From: an uncultured candidate division Zixibacteria bacterium
GTDB taxonomy: Bacteria > Zixibacteria > MSB-5A5 > GN15 > PGXB01
Length of the DNA stretch: 64,000 nt
Assembly (NCBI GenBank): GCA_963702205.1
Contig: OY969724.1
Location: 2,816,001-2,880,000, forward strand
Reading direction: 5' to 3'
The stretch's first letter is position 1. Each line of letters starts with the position of its first letter. A program made the translations under genes and the position numbers. The notes under the pieces are model-generated. The model was given only the letters and a program-made list of their open reading frames with translations. It did not search any database and was not told the origin of the DNA. Below are positions 41,066 to 51,082 of the stretch, in pieces.

Positions 41066-42145
41066 ATTAAATTATATGATTGCTTCTTTATAAATCAATA
41101 GTTAATATCATGTCAGTTGAATTATATCATGTTTTGCTCAGAATTGGGTGATAATGAAAAACAAAATAACATTTTTTAGAATTATAAAGATAATTGTTGG
41201 CATAGTTTTATCCGGTTCCTTGTTTTGGGACAAAATTTCTATATATATATCAAGTTATATAAAATCATATACATCATGGTTGATTTTGGAATCAGCTGTT
41301 TTGGTCATAGCCTTGTATTCATTGGGTTCGGCCCTTAACATATTATCAATTTTGAAGCTTTTAAAACAAGGCCCAGAAAAAGCATTTAAATTACCCAAAG
41401 TCAAACAGGCACTTCGCTTTGCGTTATTCATTATCCCATTAATAGTGGGGATTGTATATTTCAAATATAACTTTACTTGGCGGTACACGTGGAACAAGTT
41501 TGATAATAAGACCTTAGGCGTATTGATCGCAGATTTTAGAGAAGTTATTCTTGATGAATATTTGCCCCAAAAAAAGTATTCAATATACTTAAAGGAAAAT
41601 TTACCACAAATAAAGGATTCATGCAAAAAGGAAATAAATATCAAATATGAAAATACACCTGCTTTCTTTACAAGCATTGATGAGGCGGCCAAGTTTGGAG
41701 AAAAGATTAATGCTCGTTTAGTAATATGGGGAGAAGTATACAAAAGCGAAGGTTTTATCAGGATTAAGCCAAAGTTGTTCACGCCTGGGAACCTAATGAT
41801 TGGAACACCATATTTATTTATCTCAAATCTTGTTTTTAAGGCTGATTATTCGGAAACTTGGAATTTGACTGGTTCGCCACTTGATTTAGATACGATGACC
41901 AACTATGTCAATGATATTTTAACCATTCCTTCAATATTTCTTTATAAGGATTATCCTGAATATTACAAGAATTACTATGGTTTTATTGAGTGTGCATTTA
42001 AATCTGAAAACTTCGTCAATCCTGACGTTAAGTTATTCTTGGCTACGGAATTAATTACCAATTGCAATCGAAAAGATGATTATGAGGATTCCAAATATTT
42101 GGCAGAAGGCATAATGAGATTTGCTGGAAAAAGACCACATAATCG

Positions 42146-43463
42146 GGGAGTGTACGGAATTTTGTGTAAGCGGCCGGTTCATGTGTTTTCGATCCTTCCC
42201 TCGAAGACGATGCAGAAGTGATTAAGGGCCGCCACCCAGTCCTTGATCGGACGCTTCCATTTTTTCGAGATTCTTTGTATCGCCAGGTAGATCACCTTTC
42301 TGACTGATTCCACCGTCGGGAACGAGCCGCGATTCCGCGTCACCTTGCGCAACTGAGCATTCATCGACTCGATGGCGTTGGTCGTATAGATAACCTTTCG
42401 AATCTCTTTGGGGTAGCTAAAAAACGGGATGATGTTCATCCAGCAGGACCGCCATGAGCGGGCGATCTGCGGGAAACGGTCCCGGTATGTGGCCTCGAAC
42501 GCCGTCAGGGCCTGCTCGGCGGCTTCTTCGTTGGGCGCCGAGTAGATCGTCTTGAGATCGGCCGCGACCGCCTTGCGCTCTTTCCAACCGACATACTTCA
42601 GCGAGTTGCGCACCATGTGCACGAGACATAACTGCACCTGGGTCTGCGGAAAGGCCGTCTCAATCGCATCAGGGAACCCCGTCAGACCATCGACACAGGC
42701 AATCAGGATGTCCCGAACGCCCCGGTTCTTAAGCTCCGTCAGCACCGACAGCCAGAACTTCGAACCCTCCTGATCGCCGACCCACAAACCCAAGAGTTCC
42801 TTGTAACCCTCCGGCGTGATCCCCAAGGCCAAATAGACCGCCTGGTTTTTGACCTGGCCGCTCTGACGAAGCTTCAGGTGGATGGCGTCCAGATAGACGA
42901 TCGGGTAGACCGCCTCCAGCGGCCGACTCTGCCACACCGTCACCTCCTGAAGCACGGCGTCCGTCACCGCCGAAATCAAGGCCGGGGAAACCTCCGACTG
43001 GTACATCTCCTCAAGATGACCCTGGATATCCCGCGTCGTCAAACCCCGAGCGTACAGCGCCAACACCTTGTCGTCGAAACCGGGCAGGCGCCGCTGGTGC
43101 TTTTTAACCAACTGCGGCTCGAACTCGCCGTTCCGGTCCCGCGGAATCTCCAGCGTAACATCTGCCGACCCGGTCTTGACCGTCTTGCTGGTTTTGCCGT
43201 TGCGAGAGTTGCCGCTGTTTTTGCCTTCGGGAGCATTGGGCGGATAGCCCAAGTGATGCGTCATCTCACCTGCGAGGGCGCGCTCATACACCCGTTTCGT
43301 GAGCGCCTGCAGAAGACCGCCCTCACCCACTATCTCTTCCGGCGTCTTGCCGGCGATCATCTCGTCGATCAGTTTGTCAGCTTCGTCACGTTTCTTGGCC
43401 ATGATATACCTCCTTCAACTATATATACGTCATGGCCACTTACACAAAAATATTTACACGCGC
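42146..43463 (-). mobile_element. IS256-family insertion sequence, copy 1 (1318 bp) with 8 bp target duplication CATAATCG
   Basis: Imperfect terminal IRs GCGCGTGTAAATATTTTTGTGTAAG / GGGAGTGTACGGAATTTTGTGTAAG; TSD at 42138-42145 and 43464-43471. Confidence 0.95.
42179..43402 (-). CDS. IS256-family (Mutator) DDE transposase
   Basis: RNG, PRDRNGEFEP, YLDA, VDGLTGF, QLCLVH and YTTNAIES motifs. Confidence 0.95.
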   Translation of the reverse strand: MAKKRDEADKLIDEMIAGKTPEEIVGEGGLLQALTKRVYERALAGEMTHHLGYPPNAPEGKNSGNSRNGKTSKTVKTGSADVTLEIPRDRNGEFEPQLVKKHQRRLPGFDDKVLALYARGLTTRDIQGHLEEMYQSEVSPALISAVTDAVLQEVTVWQSRPLEAVYPIVYLDAIHLKLRQSGQVKNQAVYLALGITPEGYKELLGLWVGDQEGSKFWLSVLTELKNRGVRDILIACVDGLTGFPDAIETAFPQTQVQLCLVHMVRNSLKYVGWKERKAVAADLKTIYSAPNEEAAEQALTAFEATYRDRFPQIARSWRSCWMNIIPFFSYPKEIRKVIYTTNAIESMNAQLRKVTRNRGSFPTVESVRKVIYLAIQRISKKWKRPIKDWVAALNHFCIVFEGRIENT

Positions 43464-43858
43464 CATAATCGTTTAATCAAATATTGCCTAGCCTATAGTT
43501 ATGAGACTTTATCTAGTTATTATTTAAATATTGCCCAAATGGACTCCGCCTCCATTTACGCATATAGGGCAATTGACACCGATCCTCGATTTATATTAAA
43601 GCCATGGATTATTGCGTCCTCTTATATATATAACAAGGACTATTTTGGAGCAGATTCTGTCCTAAATATAATATGGTCCCAATTCAAAGACACGCTAAGC
43701 GGCGATTTAATTGTAGGTATATATAGATTGCAGGAAAAAACATTGCCCGATTCATTCAAAATTGAATATGAAAAACTGTACCCTGGGAGAATCGAATGCA
43801 AAAATATGGAATGGCTTAATAAGGTTAATCGCATTATTAAAATATGAAAATAAAAAAA

Positions 43859-43931
43859 TGGAGCCGAGGAGGATCGAACTCCTGACCTCTTGACTGCCAG
43901 TCAAGCGTTCTCCCATCTGAACTACGGCCCC
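43859..43931 (-). tRNA. tRNA-Ala(GGC), CCA not encoded
   Basis: GGGGCCGTAGTTCAGATGGGAGAACG..CT GGC AG..GTTCGATCCTCCTCGGCTCCA with G3:U70 pair. Confidence 0.95.
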
Positions 43932-43955
43932 ATTTTCAGGTTCGACCAATATATA

Positions 43956-44633
43956 TCAGCTTGGTTTTATGTCAAGATTTTTATTGGCGGCGTCCTCCCC
44001 GTTTGGTTCATGATTATGTTTATTTTCAATCAATCGCTTAATATCAATCATATTTCCCGCCGGTGTCTCTTTGAGCAATACTCGTTCGAGGTCGATCAAA
44101 ATATCGGTCGTATTTTTTATCCGGCCCACTTCGTCCGAAATACGCTTTATCTTATCAACCGTATCGGACGATAAAACCGGATTTTCTTTCAGAACCATTT
44201 CGGCGTTGGCGTAAATGGTCATCAGCGGATTGTTTATCTCGTGACCGAGCGTGGCGGCGGTCGCGCGGACAATGTCCCGATCGTGTTTTGATTCCACCGC
44301 AACGCTGTCTTCGCCTTTGTGCAGCACCAATTTATCGGGAAGAATCATATTGGAGTTTGCGGTATTTTCATCCTGAACGGAAATTGAATCATCGGCATTC
44401 AGCCTGAGTATCGCCAGGTTTTCCAGACTGTCAATGAGTTCTTTCAAAGACGAACTCAAACCGGAAAAATCTGAATAATCCAGAATCAGCAAGTTATAAC
44501 TCGAGGTAATCAGCAGTTCATACAGCCTGATTTCGGTTGTAACGTAATCGCATTCTTTCTGTACACGATCATTAAATATGCTTAGTATATTGTGCGGGTT
44601 CAAACCGTTCGTGGAATAGATGACTATTTTCAT
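43956..44633 (-). CDS. Degenerate receiver plus HisKA (DHp) protein lacking a kinase ATPase domain
   Basis: LLILDY receiver-like segment; H-box ATLGHEINNPLMTI; the protein ends about 80 aa later with no N/G1/F/G2 boxes. Confidence 0.7.
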   Translation of the reverse strand: MKIVIYSTNGLNPHNILSIFNDRVQKECDYVTTEIRLYELLITSSYNLLILDYSDFSGLSSSLKELIDSLENLAILRLNADDSISVQDENTANSNMILPDKLVLHKGEDSVAVESKHDRDIVRATAATLGHEINNPLMTIYANAEMVLKENPVLSSDTVDKIKRISDEVGRIKNTTDILIDLERVLLKETPAGNMIDIKRLIENKHNHEPNGEDAANKNLDIKPS

Positions 44634-44652
44634 ACAGCCGGCTCTTGTGTGT

Positions 44653-46185
44653 TTATTGGTTGGGAAGGATGATCTCTATAACTGTCCCCGGTCCGTTCGG
44701 GGTTCCAAGCCTGACGTCACCGTCCAGCGCACGCGCCTGCGTCCGGGCGATAGCCAAACCCATCCCCGGTCCCTGCGCAATATTGTGACCGGGAGCGGGC
44801 ACTACCCAAAAAGGTTTGAAGATGTCTTCAGCGTACTCGGCGGGAATGCCGGGACCGTTGTCGGCCAGGCTTAAAGTCAGATCTTTCTCGGTGCTGCGCG
44901 ATATGACCTCTATTTCAAGCGTGCTTGTTCGATCGTGGTAGCGGAACGAATTCGTCAGGATGCATTCGAATATTTCCTGTATTTTGGCATCGTCGGTATG
45001 CACTATCGGCAGCGATATATTTTTCAAAAAGACGTTCAACCCGGAATGCTTTAATGACAGCCGTTGATAGCAGTCGCGAAGGACGCGATTCAGATCGATT
45101 TTTTGATACGCTGTTTTATCGCCGGGTTCGGCAAAATAGCATTTGGCGAACCGGTCGAGGAACAATTTCAAGTCGCGGTTCGAGTCCTTGATATGGTCCA
45201 GATATTCGCGACCGTAACCCTTGATTTCCTTGCCGAACTGCCCGATTATATGCCCCACGTTATCGTCGATTTTATCCGTCTTAGGCGTTATGCTATCAAT
45301 CACCGTCCTCACGACGGTATCATCGACACCGGTTTTATATTGCTGCGTATTCGATATATCATTCACCGGCAGAAGCAAGGCCAAAAATCGGGCCAGCTTA
45401 TCGGGGACGGCATCGTCTTTGCCCCGCGACGGCTCATGAACCAACTTCAAAATACCGAGCGTCCTGCCGTCACGCCCGAGAGGGAATATAGATTCGACCA
45501 GCCTTTCTCCTGTCGTCAGCATATTGACAGTTTTTAAATCCGCCTGATGAGATACCTTATTCCCGTTAATAAGCGATTCGATTACATCACTTGAGATTTT
45601 ATCCGGTGTTTTATCGGCTCGGGTGTACGGTCTTCTTGTGGCCGATGCAAGAAGCTCGGGTTGATCTTTTTTCAGTGAGTAAATTTCGACACTTAAAATA
45701 TTTTCGTCAGTGACGATTGTCTCAGCGATTTGACTTAATTCTATTTCCTCGGCTTCAACCACCGTATGGGCCAGTTCAGCGATAATGTCTTTTTTATGCT
45801 CGTCGGCGACATAAGCCTCCCGGCGCTCGGTCGATGGCTCATTCGGGACCAGAATCAACTGATAATTGGCGGGATTCCCGGCCACAAAATTCTGTGAAAC
45901 GACGGCTGAGAATGAATGAGTCTTCCCCGCAATATCATAAATATTGACTTTCAACGGATAATGAAAGGTCTCGCACGACCGGCCGGATTCGAGGATGCGA
46001 CGCAAGGAGTCGAAAGATTCCTTGTCGAGAAATTCCTCGATATTTTTCACGAAAAGCTCTTCGGCGGATACGCCCAGAAGTTTCTCGGTGCGGGAATCGA
46101 TATATACGAACCGCCCCTGTCGGTCGATTTTAAAAACCGGACATTGATCCTGTCTTCTTTGTTGCTGAAGAAGCTGGCCTGTCAT
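44653..46185 (-). CDS. PAS/GAF-like sensor with HATPase_c domain but no recognisable H-box
   Basis: PAS at the N-terminus; N box ILTNSFRY, G1 DNGPGI, F IFKPF and G2 GPGMGLAI. Confidence 0.75.
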   Translation of the reverse strand: MTGQLLQQQRRQDQCPVFKIDRQGRFVYIDSRTEKLLGVSAEELFVKNIEEFLDKESFDSLRRILESGRSCETFHYPLKVNIYDIAGKTHSFSAVVSQNFVAGNPANYQLILVPNEPSTERREAYVADEHKKDIIAELAHTVVEAEEIELSQIAETIVTDENILSVEIYSLKKDQPELLASATRRPYTRADKTPDKISSDVIESLINGNKVSHQADLKTVNMLTTGERLVESIFPLGRDGRTLGILKLVHEPSRGKDDAVPDKLARFLALLLPVNDISNTQQYKTGVDDTVVRTVIDSITPKTDKIDDNVGHIIGQFGKEIKGYGREYLDHIKDSNRDLKLFLDRFAKCYFAEPGDKTAYQKIDLNRVLRDCYQRLSLKHSGLNVFLKNISLPIVHTDDAKIQEIFECILTNSFRYHDRTSTLEIEVISRSTEKDLTLSLADNGPGIPAEYAEDIFKPFWVVPAPGHNIAQGPGMGLAIARTQARALDGDVRLGTPNGPGTVIEIILPNQ

Positions 46186-46196
46186 AAAAAAAGAGC

Positions 46197-48230
46197 CTAT
46201 TTTTTGAATACCTTGAATTTTTCGCTCGCCCAATGGGTGCGAACGATCACAAGGTAAACGCCCGGAGCCACTTCCCGGCCCCGGTTATTGGTTCCGTCCC
46301 ATACCACCGTCCGTGTCAATTCATTATAGTTATCGGAAAAACCGTTCCAAACTTTGTCGCCGCTGACCGCAAAAATCGAAATGTCTTCGATTTTACCGGC
46401 CGACGGACTTATAAAGATGGACAATGAATCGGTAAACGGATTGGGACCGAACGCAATTTCGGCTCTTTCTACGACTCTGAATATGAATGAAGCGGTGTCC
46501 GCCTGAGGCGTCCCGCCAACGGTTCCTTCTATAATTACCCGGGCATCGTACGTGCCCACGTCTTCGGGAAATCCGTAATAAACTATCTCCCAATAATTAG
46601 AAGTTTCCTGCGTTACTTTTGTTAAATAGGCACTATCCGGCATATTTTCCATTTTCGGTGAATCGGCGGATAGCTGTCCGGATATATCCAGCCTTATAAA
46701 TGTATATTGTCCCACCGGCGCGGCGATATCCGGAATCGGCGCTATTTTAAGCAATCCCGACGCTTTGAAAACGTCCGGCAAACCGTAGCCATAGAGATTA
46801 TCAGGATTATCCCGGCGGTCGCCTGACTTTAGAAGATTGTTTCTGATATCGGAGACGGTCAGGGTTTTGTTGGCATCGAGCATCAAAGCTACTCCCCCGG
46901 CAACCAGCGGCGCCGAAAGAGAAGTGCCGCTGAGTCCGGCAAATTCCCAGCCAAAACCGATGTTCCGCATGCAATGGACGTTTTCCCCGAGGGCGACGAC
47001 GTCCGGCTTTATGCGTCCGTCGTAAGTCGGACCCGCCGATGAAAAGCCGGTAATGACCCCGAAACTGTCCACCGCCCCGACCGCCAGGACATTGAAGCCG
47101 TCGGCGGGAGGCACAACATAATACCAGCATTCATCCGGTATATAATGATCGCAACCTGATCTTTCATTTCCCGCCGATGAGACCACGAAAATGCCCTTAT
47201 TAAAAGCGATATCGGCCGCAACCGTAATTGGGGCGGTCATGCCATCAAGTTCGGAATAAGTGTACCAGTCCAAATATCCCACCGACGTGGTTATTACGTT
47301 CGCTCCTTCAGCATCGGCTCTTTCCGCCGCGGCTACCCAGAAATCTTCTTCGCCCATATAGTCGGGCTGAATATAATCTTCGGTTTCATAGAGCATGAAT
47401 TCGGCATTGTACGCCAGCCCGATTAATTCATCATCCATAAAGCCGCCGATTACAGAAAGGACGGCCGTTCCGTGCCTTTCTTCTTCCATAATGCCGCTCA
47501 TCACGGAGGCATCGTCATGGACAAAATCATATTGGTCGATTATTTTGGTGTCGGCAAATACCGGAAGATCGTATTTAAAGCCTCCGTCCATAATGGCAAC
47601 CTTCTGTTCTCTGCCGTCAAACCCGATCTTATGCATGAGCCGGGCGTTTATCATATCCGCCTGTTTCAGCGACGGCCCATAGTCGGAATCCTGAATGCTC
47701 CCGGGATTGGGCACGTCTTTGTCATATAATCCGGCGTCTTCAACATCGTCAGCGCGGTGATATTGTGCCACCGGCCGGATTTCCGCCACGAAATCAAGCG
47801 GAATCAACCGTTCGATGGTTGACTGATCGGCATAGCCCGATACCGCGTTCAGCCAACGCGATGAAAGTCTTACATCCAGGCCCAGCGCCTTTACTGAATC
47901 GACATACTTTTCACTCACCGGTATATCGAGAATGTCCGCCCGAAAACCAGTTTCGCAGCGGACTTGCCTTCGGGCGATGGCATCGCTCGAATACCATTTA
48001 TCAATAAGTCCGGATTTGTCATTGAATGATTTCTTATCGAAGATTTCTTTATCGGTGAAAAAGACCCATATCTTGCGTTCGGCTTTATCGTGAGAATTCA
48101 TCAGATAATCCTTAAAGGCGGGCGCAATTTTGGGGCTGCGGGCCGGGACGGCATATGAATCATCGGCGGCAATCGCATTCGATATAAGAAGCAAAATGCC
48201 GGCAAATGCAACAAGCCAGGAAGTCTTCAT
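46197..48230 (-). CDS. Secreted S8 subtilisin-like serine peptidase with C-terminal FlgD-Ig-like sorting domain
   Basis: Signal peptide; triad motifs MDGGF, HGTAV and GTSLSAP; SAGN, KPDV; C-terminus PNPF..WDGTNNRGREVAPGVY. Confidence 0.9.
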   Translation of the reverse strand: MKTSWLVAFAGILLLISNAIAADDSYAVPARSPKIAPAFKDYLMNSHDKAERKIWVFFTDKEIFDKKSFNDKSGLIDKWYSSDAIARRQVRCETGFRADILDIPVSEKYVDSVKALGLDVRLSSRWLNAVSGYADQSTIERLIPLDFVAEIRPVAQYHRADDVEDAGLYDKDVPNPGSIQDSDYGPSLKQADMINARLMHKIGFDGREQKVAIMDGGFKYDLPVFADTKIIDQYDFVHDDASVMSGIMEEERHGTAVLSVIGGFMDDELIGLAYNAEFMLYETEDYIQPDYMGEEDFWVAAAERADAEGANVITTSVGYLDWYTYSELDGMTAPITVAADIAFNKGIFVVSSAGNERSGCDHYIPDECWYYVVPPADGFNVLAVGAVDSFGVITGFSSAGPTYDGRIKPDVVALGENVHCMRNIGFGWEFAGLSGTSLSAPLVAGGVALMLDANKTLTVSDIRNNLLKSGDRRDNPDNLYGYGLPDVFKASGLLKIAPIPDIAAPVGQYTFIRLDISGQLSADSPKMENMPDSAYLTKVTQETSNYWEIVYYGFPEDVGTYDARVIIEGTVGGTPQADTASFIFRVVERAEIAFGPNPFTDSLSIFISPSAGKIEDISIFAVSGDKVWNGFSDNYNELTRTVVWDGTNNRGREVAPGVYLVIVRTHWASEKFKVFKK

Positions 48231-48967
48231 TGAAATTGTTCTCCAAGGGAGCTGTTTAAAAATTCGCGCGTTCTTTCCATTTTCGGATTATCGAACATTT
48301 CTGCCGGAGCACCCTGTTCGACAATCCGGCCGCTTTCCATAAATATAACGCGATCAGCTACTTCGCGTGCAAAACTCAATTTATGGGTCACGACCAGCAT
48401 TGTCATCCCCTTTTTCGCCAGGAACTTCATCGCGTCGAGGACTTCGCCGATCATTTCCGGGTCGAGCGCCGAAGTGACTTCATCGAAAAGCATAATTTTG
48501 GGATCCATCGCCAGTGCCCGGGCGATAGCAACTCTTTGTTTCTGTCCACCGGATAGTTCCGCCGGATAGGCGTTAATTTTGTCGCCGAGACCAATCTGCT
48601 CCAGAAGTTCCAGCCCGCGTCGGTGCGCCTCTTTATTGGATCGTTTTCTCACTACTTTCTGGGCCAATTTCACATTTTCGATAACTGTCAAGTGTGGAAA
48701 CAGGTTAAACCCCTGAAAAACCATTCCGACTTCCAGACGGATTTCGTGAATATCCTTATGATGGCGGTCGATTTTGTTTCCCTCAATAATAATTTCTCCG
48801 CAATCTATATCTTCAAGAGCGTTAAGGCAGCGCAGCAAAGTTGTTTTTCCCGAGCCCGATTGACCGATTATGACAACCACCTCACCTTTTTCGACTTCAA
48901 GATTGACACCGTCTATCGCCACCGAATCACCGAAGCGTCGGACCAGGTTTTTTATTTGAATAATCAT
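48227..48967 (-). CDS. Polar amino acid ABC transporter ATP-binding protein (GlnQ-like)
   Basis: GQSGSGKT, VFQGFNLFPH, LSGGQKQRVAIARAL and FDEVTSALDPE motifs. Confidence 0.92.
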   Translation of the reverse strand: MIIQIKNLVRRFGDSVAIDGVNLEVEKGEVVVIIGQSGSGKTTLLRCLNALEDIDCGEIIIEGNKIDRHHKDIHEIRLEVGMVFQGFNLFPHLTVIENVKLAQKVVRKRSNKEAHRRGLELLEQIGLGDKINAYPAELSGGQKQRVAIARALAMDPKIMLFDEVTSALDPEMIGEVLDAMKFLAKKGMTMLVVTHKLSFAREVADRVIFMESGRIVEQGAPAEMFDNPKMERTREFLNSSLGEQFQ

Positions 48968-49656
48968 GCTTTCTGAGACCCGAAGCCTTTCACCGCGAAG
49001 TATTTTTCGAGATACTTGACAAGCCTGCTTAAGCTCACGGTCATCAGGAGATAAATCATACCGACCAGAAACCATGTCTGGAAATCGGTAAACGTCTGCG
49101 CATAATATTCTCGACCGGCGCGGGTGAGTTCCCTTAGACCGATTATAGAAACCAATGACGAATCCTTTAGCGAGGCGATAAACTGGTTGGCCGTCGGTGG
49201 TATCACGATACGGATCGACTGCGGGATAATGACGTACCAGAGAGTCTGGAAGCGGGTCATACCCAGAGACTGGGCTGCTTCGTACTGTCCGTAGTCGATA
49301 GCCTCAATTCCTGATCTCAAAATCTCGGCCAAATAGGCTGAATAACAGATGCCAACCGCAAGTACTCCCGCCGTGAAACGATCGAGATTTAATATTGATC
49401 CCAACCCGAAGTAAATAAAAAATATCTGTACCAGAAGCGGGACACCCCGAATGACGTCGATGTATATGCCAGCAATCGTCCTCAACGGCCTTTTCTTCGA
49501 AATGCGCATCAGGCCGACAAGCAGTCCGACCACCAGAGCCAGGGCAAACGACGTTACCGTTATCAGAATCGTCCAGGGAACTGCGGGCAGAAGGTATTTT
49601 AAAATATCCCAATAAAGAGTTAACTGCTTTGAAATCCATTCAATCAAGCGGCACAT
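48964..49656 (-). CDS. Polar amino acid ABC transporter permease
   Basis: IRGVPLLVQ, AYLAEILRSGI..GQYEAA..LG and LKDSSL motifs. Confidence 0.92.
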   Translation of the reverse strand: MCRLIEWISKQLTLYWDILKYLLPAVPWTILITVTSFALALVVGLLVGLMRISKKRPLRTIAGIYIDVIRGVPLLVQIFFIYFGLGSILNLDRFTAGVLAVGICYSAYLAEILRSGIEAIDYGQYEAAQSLGMTRFQTLWYVIIPQSIRIVIPPTANQFIASLKDSSLVSIIGLRELTRAGREYYAQTFTDFQTWFLVGMIYLLMTVSLSRLVKYLEKYFAVKGFGSQKA

Positions 49657-49797
49657 CCTCAAAAAAATTAAAGTTAAGGCGAGACATCAGCTAAAGCAAG
49701 ACGTAAATATCGCCGGAATTACGACACGGTCAAAAGAATAATTGACAACCGGCCATCAAGGCTGTTTCTTAGGGCACGAATCCAAATTGATATCATT

Positions 49798-49869
49798 GCC
49801 CCCGTGGTGTAACGGATAACGCGTCGGCCTCCGGAGCCGGAAATCCAGGTTCGATTCCTGGCGGGGGTA
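49798..49869 (+). tRNA. tRNA-Arg(CCG), CCA not encoded
   Basis: GCCCCCGTGGTGTAACGGATAAC..CT CCG GA..GGTTCGATTCCTGGCGGGGGTA. Confidence 0.93.
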
Positions 49870-49877
49870 TTTAATTT

Positions 49878-49904
49878 AAAGGCCCGGTCGTTTGACCGGG
49901 CTTT
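49878..49904. terminator. Bidirectional terminator
   Basis: AAAGGCCCGGTC-GTTT-GACCGGGCTTT. Confidence 0.75.
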
Positions 49905-49910
49905 ATTGAT

Positions 49911-50870
49911 TTATTGCTTTTTAAGAGTATAATCGGCCGGGATATTATAATAGCTGTCGTCAAGACCAGTCTTCTCGATTTTAGAAACATCGGACTCAAT
50001 ACTGAACGATTTGAACATCCCGTTTTCGGTTTTCGGGGGCTTGCCGCCTATCATATTGTTGATTCTCTTCAATTGCTGATTATTGGGATCGGCCAGACCT
50101 TTATCATACTGTTCTTCAGTGAAGCCAAAGAGCGTAGATTTTTCCACGGTGAAATTGAGCTTGATTGGGACTCCGGTGAAAGCCTTTGTCGAATCGAAAA
50201 TCGGCTCAAATTGCTCGCCCAGCGCTCCGAGCATACTGGCCACCTGCCTCTGCTCGGCGAAATTTTCAGATCCAAGGACTTTTTTCACGGAATCCTGATA
50301 TGAATCGTAAACGCCTTTTCCCGGGACATTATCTGCAAACCATTGTTCATAGGTTATCAGCACTTTATCGCCTTCATTACTTTTATTAACACCGATCGCC
50401 TTGGCAATCATACCTTTGCAATCGGCCCAGCCGATCCTTTTCGGTTCGGTGATTTTCTTTATCGTGACGCGCCATTCGTAATCTTCAGGATTCGTGCTGG
50501 TCCCCAGAAGCGGGCTTTTGACCGATTTGAGTCCATTTCCCTGCATTCGGGCTTTGATCGTATCAAGAGGCGTTTCGATATAACCTTTTTCGTTTTCGTT
50601 TAGACTCCAAATGACCCCTTTATCAAGACGAGTAACGGTAATCACTTTTTGCGGAGTGCTATTCATTTTCGCCATCAATCCGGAGATAGGTGTTGACAGG
50701 TTCTCTGCGTACGTTCTGTCTTTACGGAAATACTCAGTTCGGCTGGTTTCCGTCGAACCGGCTCCCAGGATGGACATCGTAACCTTGGATTTGATCATAA
50801 CATCCGCCGAAACGTTGGGCATGGACATAAGCGAAACAATCGCGGCAACCAGGGCAATTTTCAATTTCAT
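49911..50870 (-). CDS. Secreted protein, DUF4412-like
   Basis: Signal peptide; ITRLDKGVIWSLN, KRIGWADC, W, G.PIK and C-terminal YNIPADY pattern. Confidence 0.55.
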   Translation of the reverse strand: MKLKIALVAAIVSLMSMPNVSADVMIKSKVTMSILGAGSTETSRTEYFRKDRTYAENLSTPISGLMAKMNSTPQKVITVTRLDKGVIWSLNENEKGYIETPLDTIKARMQGNGLKSVKSPLLGTSTNPEDYEWRVTIKKITEPKRIGWADCKGMIAKAIGVNKSNEGDKVLITYEQWFADNVPGKGVYDSYQDSVKKVLGSENFAEQRQVASMLGALGEQFEPIFDSTKAFTGVPIKLNFTVEKSTLFGFTEEQYDKGLADPNNQQLKRINNMIGGKPPKTENGMFKSFSIESDVSKIEKTGLDDSYYNIPADYTLKKQ

Positions 50871-51082
50871 CGATTATCCTCCAGTCGTTTGCGGAGATAA
50901 TAGCCATTAATTAAGTGATAGTCAATTTATTAGCGCGAATTTCATACCTGTTTTACGTCAACCCGGCGCGATGGATGATAAAAATATTTGTCGCTGTCGG
51001 AATCTGCCCCGAACAAAAGGGAACGTGGATGATAGTTGTCGGTTATAACAAATACAATTTGTCCAAATGAAAGGAGGCTGAG

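Larger units (their letters stand above)
41154..43847 (+). pseudogene. AT-rich membrane-anchored, TPR-like protein gene interrupted by IS256
   Basis: Removing the IS and one copy of the 8 bp duplication rejoins ...GKRPHNR-LIKYCLAYSY... in frame (455 aa); three N-terminal hydrophobic segments. Confidence 0.82.

Noticed and set aside
41066..43931. Integrative element or prophage at tRNA-Ala
   Set aside because: No integrase, phage gene or duplicated tRNA 3' end (att site) was visible.
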